Translations under genes and position numbers: made by a program
Notes under the pieces: model-generated
Told to the model about the DNA's origin: nothing
Seen by the model: the letters and a program-made list of their open reading frames with translations, nothing else
The model's database searches: none
Shown here: piece after piece, positions 25,403 through 37,254 of the stretch
Layout: every line of letters begins with the position of its first letter
Numbering within the stretch: the first letter of the stretch is position 1
NCBI GenBank assembly: GCA_013265495.1
Contig: MU058221.1
Coordinates: forward strand, 4,820,066-4,884,065
DNA: 64,000 bases
DNA from: Vicugna vicugna
Lineage: Eukaryota
Reading direction: 5' to 3'

Positions 25403-26965
25403 ACACGGATTCTTCTCATGGCTTTTTACATCTGGGGAGCACTCCACTGCATGCATGTGACTTTCAACCAGTCCTTACTGATAGATACTTGCACTGTTTA
25501 CAGTCTTTTTTAAATTACAAATAGTGCTGCAATGAACTCCTTGCTGCTGTGGCACTTCGTAGCTTTACCTGTGCGTCTTTGCGATAGATTCCTAGAAGGA
25601 GGATTGCTAAATCAAAGCGTAAATGTGTATTTAATTTGGCTCGCTATTGCCGAATTGCCTTCCATAAAGATTGTATCGCTATGCATTCCATGAGTAATCT
25701 ATGAGAGAGCCCGACTCCCTCCATCTCACCATCAGAGCATGCTGTCAGACTTCTGGATTTTGCCAATCTGATAGGGCAGAAATGTTATCTCAGTAACTTT
25801 AGTAAGCATTTCCCTTATTATGAAAAAGGCTCAGGATCTTAGGCATTTGCATTTCTTTTCTACTAACTATATTCGTGTGTTCCTCTCATTTTAAAAACCA
25901 GGAACGCTTTATTTAGTAGGAGTATCAGCCGTTTGTGATGCGGGCTGCAGCACCCTTTCCCCCATTTGTCAAATTGTCTTTTGACAAATTACAGTGTTCT
26001 CTCTCTCTCTTTCAGGATTTATCTCCTGCAAGGCATATCTGTGTCTATGTAGTAAACGTTACCAATCTTTTCTTCTGTTTTTTCTTATTTGTAAAATTAC
26101 AAATATTTCCCCCATTCCCAGGCTATAAAGAAATGCATTCCAGCTTCCTTCTGCATTTTTATTTTTCACATTTAGGTCTCTTCACTCGCTCGTCATTTAT
26201 CCTGGTAAATGAAAAGAAGGAATCTCATGTTATCTTTCTCCAGACGGTCCCCGTACCATTTACTAAAAGTTTGTCTTCTCCCCTCGGATTCGAGGGCCAT
26301 CCTTTCTTGTATGCCAGTTTTCCTTTCACACCTAGGTCCATTTCTGGGTTTTGCCTTCAATCCCATTGGTCTATCTGTCGGTTCACGTGTCAGCTCCACA
26401 CCATTTTACTTTTTGAGACTTTATAACACGTTAATGTCTCGGAGGGCTGGACTCTCCACCTTTCTCATTCTTAAGGGATCCTGCTAGCAATTCTTGGAGG
26501 AACAAACTTTGCGTAGCAAATCTTTTCAGCTCTACAAAACAATCAAAACCTGATGGTAATCCCCACTGAGATCATGACCAACACATCACTTAACTAGGGC
26601 AGAATTGACATCTTTATGATACTGAGACTTCCTACCCAAGAACATGGTACATCTTTCTCTTTGTTCAAGTCCACTTTTGTGCCTTGCATGTGTTTTTCAT
26701 AATTTTTACCCATATGGGTTTTGCACATTTCTTTTAGGTCCACACCAGATATTTTACTTTATTTTTGCTATTTTAAAATGTATCTTCTCTTTCATTATAT
26801 CTTTTAATTGCTTATTGTTTGTCTATACGAAGGCTATTGATTTTTACACATTTATTTTGTATCATGTCACTTTACTAAGTGTTTTTATTGCTTGTGATAG
26901 TTTTTCGTTCAATGCTCTTGGGTGTTCCAACTAAACAATTATATCATGTCCAAACAGAGAGAGGG

Positions 26966-27836
26966 TTGTTTGTTGCGGCAAAAACATTATTTCCATCTGG
27001 GCTAAGGCTTGGGAAGAATGCTCCGGGGTGGTTAAAAAGCTGCCCAGCAGCGGCAGAAAGAGGCTTGGGCAGAAACCCTGACACCAGCAGGGAGCTGAGG
27101 GACCCCTCAAAGGCTGCTGGGCTCCCGGGCTCCCAGTCCTGCTTGAGGGTGAGCCTTTCCAAGCAACACACTCCCAGCCCAGCCTGGGGGCTGACCAGCC
27201 TGCAGAGGTTAGTGCAGTGGTTGCCCAGCTTCTCGATGAGTTTCACCTGTACATCTAGGAAGCGGCTCTCCAGGAGGTCGCAGAAATGGGGGTGGTTTGT
27301 GCCGGTAGACCCCAGGGCATGCAGATCCCATGCAGAGCCTGGTTCAGGTTCTTCTCCAGGGCCATGGAGGCTTCCATGGTGTCCAGGTTTTATCCCACTC
27401 ATCTTGGGACATCTTCTGCAGGTCCCAAGTGTAGGTGCAACCGATGTGCCGTTGTTTCATCTTCAAGAGACACAAGGTGCCCTGGCACTGCTCCTGGGCC
27501 AACTCTCAGAAAAGGCTCTTTCCTTCCAGAGCCACGTCCTCATGGTCAGAATAGCCCAGAGAGAGGTGGGTGTAGGAGGCCAGCGGATGCAGGTTGACCA
27601 GGTGGTTGACAATGACCTCCACCTCAGTGCAATAATCCTGATGAATCTTGGAACGCTTGCTTGGTCAGCAATAAGGAGCTAACTACAAAATCTGTGCTGG
27701 CTGGTCCTAGAGGCAGGGGGTGGCCGAAAAGATGGTCTTGGATTTTGTGACTAGAGAGGAGGTTGGAGGGTGTTCGGACGTCTGTTCCCTCCAAACACTG
27801 TTGAAACAAGGGATGGATTGGCAGGACCACTGGGCA
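26966..27836 (-). pseudogene. FTL: Processed pseudogene of ferritin light chain, full length with 5' UTR IRE, 3' UTR and poly(A) remnant
   Basis: Intronless FTL-like frames ([92 protein letters not shown]). ATG->AAG at 27658-27656, in-frame TGA at 27508-27506, frameshifts near 27380 and 27330, stop->TGG at 27135-27133, AATAAA->AATAAT, degenerate TSD (26952-26967 / 27844-27859). Confidence 0.95.
27785..27812 (-). promoter_or_regulatory. Iron-responsive element remnant of the FTL retrocopy
   Basis: Minus strand CTTGT-TTCAA-CAGTGT-TTGGA-GGGAA: CAGUGU loop (27800-27795) and 5-bp upper stem intact; bulge position 27806 reads T. Confidence 0.85.
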
Positions 27837-28079
27837 TGTTGCTAAATAGAGATGGTTTTATCTCTTCCTTTTCAGTTATTATATTTCTTATCTACTGTGC
27901 TTTCCCTTGAATAATATGTGTTGGTGAATACTTCCAAAACGATGTTAAATCACAGTGGAGACAGCAGCGCTATTCCTGATTCAGTATTTCTATAATCAGT
28001 AAGTAAATGAAGATGCTAACTGTTGGGCAGTGATATATACAATCAGGTTTAAATTATATCCAGTTTCTTTTTATATTAT

Positions 28080-28440
28080 CTTGTGGGTTCCCCTGAAAAC
28101 AGACAAAGGATTGTATGCAAATAGCTTTTGGGGGAAGGTGATCCCAGGGAACAAGAGTGAGGAATAAGAGAAAGTGAAATGGAGAAACAGGGAAAGCCAG
28201 CACAAAGATGCGTCAACAAACTGGCTACCATTCATTATATGTAATTAGTGCTTAATTCTATGGGACCATCCGAGAAGCTGTATGAAATGTGCTTTGGAAC
28301 CGTGTACCAGGTAATGAAAGAGAAGCATCTCTCCACTGGCTTTTGTCCCCCATTGATAGATCCATCACATATCATGGTTGCACATGTACGAATGCTGAAA
28401 AGGTTTCTGCAGGCACCCCACGGCACCATGTCATAAGAAC
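28080..28440 (-). mobile_element. ERVL-class LTR fragment (LTR33-like)
   Basis: gacaaaggattgtatgcaaatagc..gggaaggtgatcccagg..gggaaagccagcacaaagatgcgt resembles LTR33 as I remember it. Confidence 0.45.
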
Positions 28441-28799
28441 CGTGGAGCAGATGATAATATTTATTATCTCACAGTCCCTATGGGTCAGGGATGCAGGAGT
28501 AACTTAGCTGGATGGTTCTGGCTCAGGATCCCTCACGTGGTGGCAGTCAGGATGTCCACAGATCCTGCAGCCAATTGAAGGCTTAATTAGGGTTGGAGGA
28601 TTCACCATCAAGATGATTCATTCACGTGGCTGCTAGCAGGAAGCCTCAGTTCCTTATCACATGGGCCTCTCTGTTGACTGAGTGTCCTGACTAACTTCCC
28701 TGAGAACAAGTGATCTACAAGAGGAGAGAAATTAAGCTCCACCTCCTAAAAATATGAAAGAATTTATGGACCTATTTTAAATCCAGCACACCATCATAA

Positions 28800-31549
28800 C
28801 ACAGTCCACCTCGAGGTGGAGTATCTGAACACCCTGAAGAACATCACATTGGTCCATTATGTCAATGACATCATGTCTACTGGACCACATGAGCAAGAAG
28901 TGGCTAGTATGTTGGTGCTTTGGTAGAAGACATGCGCTCCAGAGAATGGGAGATAAATCCTAGGAAGAGTCTGGGGCTCACCACCTCAGCAAAGGGTTTA
29001 GGGATCTGTCGGGGAAGAGGCACAATACTTGGTGGCTTCTTTGGACTCTGGAGATGACAGTATGTTTCATACTGGGGAAATCTGCTCTGACTTCTTGATT
29101 GGCTCTTTATTGGAGGGCTGACAACTCTGAGTGGGGCCCAGAGCAAGAAAAGACTCTGCACCTGGTTCACGTGATGTTACAAGCAACCCTGCCATGCAAG
29201 CCATGAATCCGGGAGGCTGTGATAGTAGAGGTGTCCATAGTGAAAACAGACCTGTGAGGAGTGGACGTCAAGCCCCAGACAGCTCTACGCCATCGAATAA
29301 ATAGCCCCTGGCATGCTCCCGGGCCACGACAGAGATGGAACATGCGACTGTGGGACACCACGTGACCATGTGGCCAGAACTGTCTATCCTGAGCTGGTTT
29401 CTATCAGACCCACCAAGCTATGTTGAGTGAACCCTACGGCAATCTGTGATAAAATTGAAGTATTATATAATAAGCAAGCCAGAGGCCAAAGTAAGCCACA
29501 ACAAGCAGTGCCCTAGACCACTGTGGCACCCTCCACTGTGGCACTGATGCGTCTTCCTGAGATTCCGAGCTGACAGAGGCCAAAGGCCAAGGCTGATTCT
29601 TCGGTGCTTTGCCTCGATATGTGGGTGCAAGCCAGAAGCGGGCTGCTGGTGCTGTGTGGTCTCACTCACTAAAAGGGTGCTGAGGGGAAATCCTCCCGGT
29701 AGTCAGAGCGTTGTGTGATGCATCTGGTCACCTGCTTTGTGTGGGAGGAGAAGTGGCCCAGGGTACAAGCAGGTACAGCCTTCAAGGCAACGGCAAATGG
29801 ATCAAGGACCTGAAAGGAAAACGGCTGGATGACTGGGGACAAGGAGGGACTGGAAAGGAGCATGTAGATCAAGTCTGTAAATTCCTTCCATAAAGGGTCA
29901 GAGCAAATATTTCAGACGTACTGGCCACGTGGTTACCACTGCAGCCTCTCTACTCACTGTTGGCGTGTGAAAGCAGCCACAGACAATACATAAATAACCG
30001 AGTATGGTTTTGTTCCCATAAACCCTTATTTACAAAACAGGCGGTGGGTGGATCTGGCCTGTGGGCTTGTTTGCCAGCTCTGGTACTGATGGACCTCAGG
30101 AAGTGGGCAAGGAGAGTAAATGTCTTTAGACTGCATTTCAATGACCACATGAGAACATCTAGCCACAGAAGGGCCACCAGACAACCAAACAGACAGGATG
30201 ACTCAGTTGATGTCAGCCAGCCTCTGTTTTCTCCCACCCTAATGCTGGCACAATCTGCTGGGAATGGAATCGTCACTGCAGAAGGACTGGGGGCTATGCG
30301 TGAGCCCCAGAGCATGAGCTCCCACCCACCCTAGCATTACTGCTAGGCAATGCCCAACTTGCCAGCAGCAGAGGCCAATGCTGGGTCCCCGAAACAGGGC
30401 CTCAAGGAGGCCAGTCAGCCAGCTGGAGCCAAGCTGACCGCTGGGCCCCTCTGGGAGGAGTATTGCTTCACCTAGAATGATCGCATGCTCTAGATACAGC
30501 CGGGCTTTTCTGCCTGCAGTGCCTTCGAAGCTCCCTATCTGAGGACTCAGAGTGCTGTACTGGTAAGGAATTCTGCACAACATCACCTCTGACCAAGAAA
30601 CTTAACTTACAGCAAGGGAGGTGTGGCAATCACCATATGACAGTGCAATCCACTGGTCCTATGCCACACATACCACACTGGGCAGAAGCTTCTCGACTAC
30701 TAAAGTGATGGAGGAACCTTTTGAAAGTGTAGCTGAGGTACCAGCTTAGAGATGATGCTCAGCAAAAACGGAACATTATCTTTCAGGATGCAATATATAC
30801 CCCAGGTCAATGTTCATTACATGATGTTGTGTCCACAATAGATAGACTACATAAGTTTGGAAATCAAGAAATGTTCTAAGAGTGACCCAAACTACCATCA
30901 CTTCCATTGGCCCACTTGGAGACTTTGAGCTTCCCATCCCCTCAATTTTAAGTTCTAGAGTTCCCAGAAGGGAACGTTTCCACCAGAGGGCATAGGAAGA
31001 GTTCCCTGTACTACTGCTCAGTCATCTTGGGCTCCTTGTGCCAAGAGAATAGGAAGAAAGGAAAGGAGTAACCGTACTGTCACGAGTAATCAAATGTCTA
31101 GGATCATCAGAAGGAGACAGACTTGCTGTTACTCAATGGAAGTGGGGAAGCCTGCATTTTGCACCCAGGTGATTGATTCACTAATAAATCTCTTGGTATT
31201 CCCTGCCCAATATTTATGGCAAATGGACAACTGAAGTAGCCACAGTCTAAGAAAAGTATGATGACTCTAGGCTTAAACCACTCAGTATTAATGAAGGTCT
31301 GGGCCACCCATCAGATAAGCCATCTAGATGGAAGATGAGGGAAATATGGAATTCTGGGCTGGAATCTGGCTAGACTCGAGGTTGTGGCTTGAGACCAGCT
31401 GAAGCAGTGAGGGCTGTAGTTTGCCCCACTGAATTTTCTCTCAAAAGTTTTCCCAGGAAAGGAGACCGTTCAGAGCCCTGGAGCTATTCTCCAGGAGTGA
31501 ACTGACTATATATACAAAGGAAACAGATCCAAGTGGTGCAAGGGGTGGC
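28800..31549 (+). mobile_element. ERV-L internal remnant: RT, integrase and dUTPase, ending in a polypurine tract
   Basis: NITLVHYVNDIMSTGPHEQEVASML from 28840 (ERV-L RT motif HYIDDIM, YVND at 28858-28869); integrase-like ITSDQ..TAREVWQ..IHWSY near 30580-30670; dUTPase-like HLGLLVP..KGVTVL near 31020-31140; PPT aggggtgg at 31541-31548. Confidence 0.85.
29868..30081. mobile_element. hAT-Charlie MITE (MER58A-like) inserted in ERV-L
   Basis: taaagggtcagagcaaatattt..gtgtgaaagcagccacagacaatacataaa..tttacaaaacaggcggtgggtggatctggcc. Confidence 0.7.
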
Positions 31550-31895
31550 TGCAGTGGATGCTGTCGTTGCAGCACAAAATCCCCTCCTGAGGACTGAGAT
31601 GCTCATTTCCTGAGCAGCCAGGAATATTGGCTGCCAATGGCTCACAGCTGAATCTTTCTCTAGAAATTGCTCTGGGCAAATGAGAGCTGCCTTGCCCAAG
31701 ATCGTGTCCCTGCTCAGGTGGCAGCCCATATTCAATGAGTAGTCAGTGTGAGAGTACAGAGCCTCATTTGGGGGCAAGTCTAAAGGAATGTGCCAGCTCT
31801 GTGGCTCCCCATGGGATCAACTCAGTCCTCTACTGCAAATGCTTTGCAGTTCGACCTTCCCATCTAACTTAACCCTGCCCCTCTCCCTCACTACT
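31550..31895 (+). mobile_element. 3' LTR of the ERV-L remnant (LTR16-like)
   Basis: Begins TG right after the PPT; tgcagtggatgctgt..ggctcacagctga..gagctgccttgcccaag..ggcagccc matches the LTR16 family from memory. Confidence 0.65.
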
Positions 31896-31899
31896 TCAG

Positions 31900-32258
31900 C
31901 CTTTCTGTCCAGTCCTCACTGGATTTATTGGATGATGCCCACCCACACTGGGAAGGGCCATCTACTTTACTGAGTCCACCAACTCAAATGCTATTCTCAT
32001 CGAGAAACACCCTCACAGACACACCCAGAAATGATGTTTAATCTCGGCAGCCTGTGGCCCAGTCAAGTTGACCCATAAAATTCATCACCACAGGACCCAT
32101 GGAGCAGAGTCACCCTCAGATTCTCAGAAGCAGCTAACCTTGTGGACACCTTAATTTTGGACTTCAAGCTTCCAGAACTGTGAAAGAATACATTTCTGTT
32201 GTTTTAAGCCACCCAGTTTGTGGTACTTTGTTAGGGCAGCCCTAGGATACTAATGTAC
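31900..32258. mobile_element. MLT2 and MLT1 LTR end fragments
   Basis: ggatgatgcccacccacac..gaaacaccctcacagacacacccagaa..ccagtcaagttgac (MLT2-like), then cttccagaactgtga..gttttaagccacccagtttgtggtactttgtt (MLT1-like). Confidence 0.7.
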
Positions 32259-32311
32259 AACTTACATAAAATTTCCAGAGAATAGAAGCAGCAAGAATTA
32301 TTACTCATTTT

Positions 32312-32802
32312 ATGTCCATCAATAGATGAATAAAGAAGATGTGATAAATCTATATACACACAATGGAATATTACTCAGACATAATAAATAAAATAATGCC
32401 ATTTGCAGCAACATGGATGGACCTAGAGATTATCATACTGAGTGAAGTAAGTCAGACAAAGACAAATATTATATGATATCACTTGCATGCGATATCTAGA
32501 AAATTATACAAATGAATTTATTTATGAAATAGACCCATAGAAATAGAAAACAAACTTATGGTTACCAAAGGGAAAAGGGTAGAAGAGAGGGCTAAATTAG
32601 GAATATGGGATTAACAGATACACATTGCTATATATAAAATAGCAACAAACAGCAACGATTTGCTGCATAGCACCAGGAAACTATATTAAATATCTTATAA
32701 TAACCTATAATGGAAAATGAAAAAAAAATATGTAGAACTGAATCACTTTACTGTACACCTGAAGCTAACACAATATTGTAAATCAACTATACTTCCAAAA
32801 AA
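32312..32802 (+). mobile_element. L1 3' end fragment
   Basis: atgccatttgcagcaacatggatggacctagagattatcatactgagtgaagtaagtcagac..aaacttatggttaccaaagggg..caactatacttc. Confidence 0.9.
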
Positions 32803-32970
32803 GGAGGGTAGTAATATTCTGGTTTCATTGATGGAAATATGTAACAGTATATAAAAATTAATTCTTCCCAAATTGATCTATGGAGTCAGTGCAAAGCCAA
32901 TAAAAAAATTCCAGCAGGTTTGTGTGTGGTGGGGGGCGGGAATTGACAGGCTAATTCTAAAATTTATATG

Positions 32971-33522
32971 TGTATGACTCATGGTTTTTATTTTTTGTCG
33001 TTCATGATGGTTTCACATCTTGAGAGCCTTGCTGACCCAGGAGAGACTGCCCCTCCCAGGCAAGCTAACTCCTAGAGATAGTAAATGACGGCCCTGTGAA
33101 TGGGACTTCCACAGCCAACCCAAAGCTCACCGCCCCTCTCCCACACTGCTATCTTTATTGGGCTCTTACACTCTAGGCCAATATTCCCCTGCCATGACCG
33201 TCCCATGGCCAGTACCAGATAACTCAAGGCAGATCCTATGCCCCAGAGCTTGCTGAAATGACTTAAATAAGCCAACCCCAAACCTGCTTAGCCTGCCTGT
33301 CGCCTCACCCATTGTTCCCCATGAAAACCACAGTAAGGTTTCTTGCCCATGCTTTCTCCTGGCTCCTTCTGCCTCCTAGTCAACCCTGGTGCTTCAGCGA
33401 GTGGCCCTGCATGGCCTGGCATGCCCCCTCCTCTTGAAACTTTGAATAACATACTATGTTTTCAAAGAAAGTCATCTGGCCTCACTATGTCTCAATAACA
33501 ATAAAACCTACATTTTGAAACA
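32971..33522 (+). mobile_element. Solo LTR (MER74-like) inserted in L1
   Basis: TG...CA ends; gccttgctgacccaggagagactgcccctcccagg..cctagagatag; AATAAA near the 3' end. Confidence 0.7.
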
Positions 33523-33529
33523 CTGTGTC

Positions 33530-34780
33530 ATTTAAAAGGCCCAAAATAACACAGAGGACCCTGAAGAACAGTTGAAGAACTTGCACTGACAGGTCTCAAG
33601 GCTTGTTACGTATCTGTAATGTGTCATCAGTGCTAGTTTAGACAGATGGACTAAGGAGAAAATCTAGAGCCAGACCCACACCTCGACTCGTGATTTATGG
33701 TAAAGCCACCGAAATACATACTGTCAATACCAAGTGTGGACGAGAATGTAGAGCAATGGAACTACTGTGTGCTGCTAGTTGCAGTGAAGGGAGAACGGAT
33801 GGCACTGGCAACCGTGCCTACAGAAGGGAGGACCCTGACCTCTAATCCAAGCCACACACAAAGATGTATTTCAGATGGACTGCAGCTCTAAACTTAAAGG
33901 AAAACAACAGTCCCTAAGACATAATATATGAGAATAATTTCGTGACTCTGGTGTGAGCAAAGCCCTAACAACAAAGTGGACTATACTGAACTTAAGATTT
34001 CTATTCCTCACATGACATCATCAGTGCAGTAAGATGGTAAGCCACAGACCAGAAGAAAACACTTGCATTAGACACGTCTGTCAGGATACGCATACCCAGA
34101 ACATATAAAGAACTCACACCTGCATTTCCTCCATGCACGAAAAACAGACAACCCAAGAGAAAAATAGGTAAAAGGCTCGAATGGGTATTTCGTAAAAGAA
34201 AACATCCAAATAGCCAAGAAACATATGAAAAGGCAGTCAACAAAATCAGTCACTGGAGAAATCGAAATCAAAACCATAATGAGTTCCTAATATACACCCA
34301 TCAGAATGGCTAAAGCTATTAAAATATATACTGGCAACACCAAGTATGGACAAGAATGTGGAGCAATGGAACTATTGTATACTATCAGCGGGAGTGTGAA
34401 TTGGTATGACCACTTTGGAAAACTCACTGGCGCTATCTAATAAAGGTGAACAAATGCACATCCCATGACCCAGCAGTTACACTCCCAGGACTCAGTGGAA
34501 GTGACTGTCCAACGATGTAGAGAACAACGTTCTTAGCAGCATCATTTGTGTTGGTGAAACTATTCAAATGTCCATCAACAAAACTATAGATCCATAAACT
34601 AGGGCGTGCTCATATGATATAACTTATACAGCAACTCAAAAAAGAAAACAAACAAAAAACTGCTGCTCCATGCAATGGCGACATGGATAAATCTCCCAAG
34701 AATAATTTTATGCAAAAGAAGCCAGATACAAAGTTCTGTATGATTCCACTTATACGAGGTTCCAAACCAGGCAAAACTCA
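33530..34780 (+). mobile_element. Old L1 ORF2 3' fragment
   Basis: L1 motifs (gaaatcgaaatcaaaaccataatgag, accactttggaaaac, gccagatacaaag..gtatgattccacttata). Confidence 0.8.
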
Positions 34781-35512
34781 TCGCCTCTCCTCAGAATGCA
34801 AGTTCTCTTGACCGTAATACATTTCCTTAGAGTCAGAGATCCTTCCCCTCAGTGCATCCCATTGGCCCACCCTAGTTCAGATCTAATCAAAACAAAAAAG
34901 AAACCAAAACACTACATCAGCTCCTTTCCTGGTCTTCTCTCTCCACTCACTTTCTGGCCAATCGATTGTGCAACGTTCACTCCGTGTAAGAGTTGGCACC
35001 AGGGACAGTGCATACATACAGGAAACTATGACTCACACAGTTCAGTACCCACTGGTAAATGCTAAATTAGTGATACAGACGAAGGGGCAGGAGTTGCGAG
35101 GAAACATAGTCGGTGCCCAATAAATTCTCCCCCACTTACAAGGTAAGTTCCATGAGGACATGGCAGCAGCGTTTTGCTTTGTTTCGTCCATTGCTGTGTT
35201 TCCAGTGCCTCCTAGCACAATACCTGAAACGTAGTAAATGAACAATGACTTGTTGAATGAATACATTAACGACCTAACAGTGGCCATTATAATTATTTCC
35301 ACCGCTCTGTAACACTTCAAAAGTTTCTCCAGGACGGAAGTTCGTGTATACATTTGCTCATTAACTCAACCAACATCAGTGTCTATTGATGGAAAGCTAC
35401 GTATGCACAGGATATGATTTGTGCCCCAGGGAATTTGCAACCTGTCGGGTAAAACAAAACTAGCCATGACTACTGCGGCAGTGCCCAGAACAGTGGCCGC
35501 TGACCCTCATTC

Positions 35513-35587
35513 TTTTTTTTTTTTAATTGAAGTATAGTTGATTTACAATGTTGTGTTAGTTTCAGGTGTACAGCAAAGTGATTCAGT

Positions 35588-35618
<31 letters not shown>

Positions 35619-35795
35619 ATTTTAATGTAAATTGTTATATGCTGTATACAGTTTTACTTATTTTGGAAATGTACTTTCCATTGTTTGAGTGGACAAGGGA
35701 ATATATAGTAGTCTGTATCTGTTAATCCCAGACTCCTAATTCATCCCTCCCCCTCCCCCTTTCCCCTTTGGTCACCATTAGTTTGTTTTCTATGA
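35513..35795 (-). mobile_element. L1 3' tail fragment with (TA)/(TG) microsatellite
   Basis: polyT-aattgaagtatagttgatttacaatgttgtg..., ttcccctttggtcaccattagtttgttttctatg; flanked by gctgaccctcattct / gctgaacctcattct. Confidence 0.85.
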
Positions 35796-36249
35796 GCTGA
35801 ACCTCATTCTGATCTTCCTCTGCCCCATCTGGTTCAACTACAGATCCCAGGGAGGCCTCCTGGCCTCCATGCCTTGTTAAATAAAATAAATAAAAACCCT
35901 GTTAAAGAATATAATTTCATTTAACATTTCCCTATTTGAGGACCCTGGGGTTGTTCCCAGCTTTTTACTGGGATAAAGACACTTCTGCGGGTTGCCTTGT
36001 GTACCTGGTTATTTCCTTAGGATAAAATCCTAGAAGAACAGAGATGGGTCAAAGAGTCTATACTTTTAAAGATTTTTTTCATAGGTATCGCCAAACTTCA
36101 GAAATGTTACACAAGGGCGTGCCCAGCAGCTGCATGTTCTCAGCACAGGGGCCAATGCTGGGTGTCGCTCTTTTCTGCCTTTGCCAATCTGATAGGTGGG
36201 AAAAGGTATCTCTGTGCAGTTTCCCTTTGCATTTCTTCGAGGTTGATAG

Positions 36250-36727
36250 GTGTGGTAGGTTGATAATGGCTCACTCCCAAAGACATGTCCATAAACTAAC
36301 CCCCGGAAACTGTGAATGTTCCCTTATAAGGAAAAGGGGTCTTTGCAAGTTTGATTAAAGATCCTGATGGGGAGATTGTCCAGGATGATCTGGGTGGACC
36401 CTAAGTGACATCACAGTGTCCTTCCCTGTAAGCAGGAGGCAGAGAGAGATTTGACAAAGACAAGCAAGAAGGCAACGTGATGACGGAGGCAGAAATTGGA
36501 GTCATGCAATCACAAGCGCGCTGGCAGCTTCCAGAAGCTGGAAGAGGTGAGGAGTTTATTCTCCCTGGAGCCTCGGAGGGAACAGGGCCCTGCCAACACC
36601 TTGATTTTGATTTAGTGAAACTCATTTCGGACTTCCGGCCTCCAGAACAGTGAGAGAATGCACTGCTGGTGTTTTAAGCCACCAAGTCTGCAGTACTTTG
36701 TTACAGCAACCGTGGGAAACTAATACG
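36250..36727. mobile_element. MaLR solo LTR (MLT1C/D-like)
   Basis: tgtggtaggttgataatggc..gacggaggcagaaattggagtcatgca..cttccggcctccagaacagtgagagaat..tttgttacagcaacc..aaactaatac. Confidence 0.8.
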
Positions 36728-37115
36728 ATAGGTTTTTCATATGTTCATGGACCACGTGAAAAACCTTTTGACTTTTAAATACTTATAAAAATGAAATATC
36801 CTGCAATCATATGAACAGTATAATTCTGTTTGCGTGAAAGTAAATCTGAACATTTGTATCTGTGTTTACATGCGTACGAACTGCCTAAAAAATGTCTGGG
36901 AGAATATATGCCAAACTAGTAACAGTAAGTACCTGGAGGGAGGTGTGGGAGGGAGGTGGGGAGAGAGGAGCTTCTACTTTTTACTTAAGATGCCACTCAA
37001 GATACATCTATATAATTTGAAAAAGTTTTATGAGACTATATTCCTGTACTAATTGTGTGAAAATATAGATAAAGCATATCTGCTTGTTGTAAACAATAAA
37101 ATATGTAGAAAGTAG

Positions 37116-37254
37116 GGGGAGGGTATAGCTCAGTATAGAGTAGAGTGCATGTTTAGCATGCATGGGGTCTTGGGTTCAATCCCCAGTGCCTCCTCCAAAA
37201 ATAAACAGATAAACCTAATTACCTCCCTCCCCCTCCAAAAAATTTTTAAAAAAT
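37116..37254 (+). mobile_element. tRNA-Ala-derived SINE
   Basis: gggggagggtatagctcag..gggttcaatccccagtgcctcc plus tail; TSD tgtagaaagtag at 37104-37115 and 37255-37266. Confidence 0.9.

Larger units (their letters stand above)
25420..28030 (-). mobile_element. Old L1 (L1M-type) fragments hosting the FTL retrocopy
   Basis: Minus-strand L1 ORF2-like text on both sides of the retrocopy (agaattgacatctttatgatactgag, gctattgatttttacacatttattttgtatc, aaatagagatggttttatctcttcc). Confidence 0.7.

Noticed and set aside
26879..27682. 267-aa plus-strand ORF
   Set aside because: Antisense shadow of the FTL pseudogene, starting in L1 sequence at a non-ATG codon; no independent coding evidence.
28800..31549. 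Domesticated ERV-L pol/dUTPase gene
   Set aside because: Catalytic YIDD reads YVND, the frames are broken by stops and frameshifts, and a MITE is inserted.
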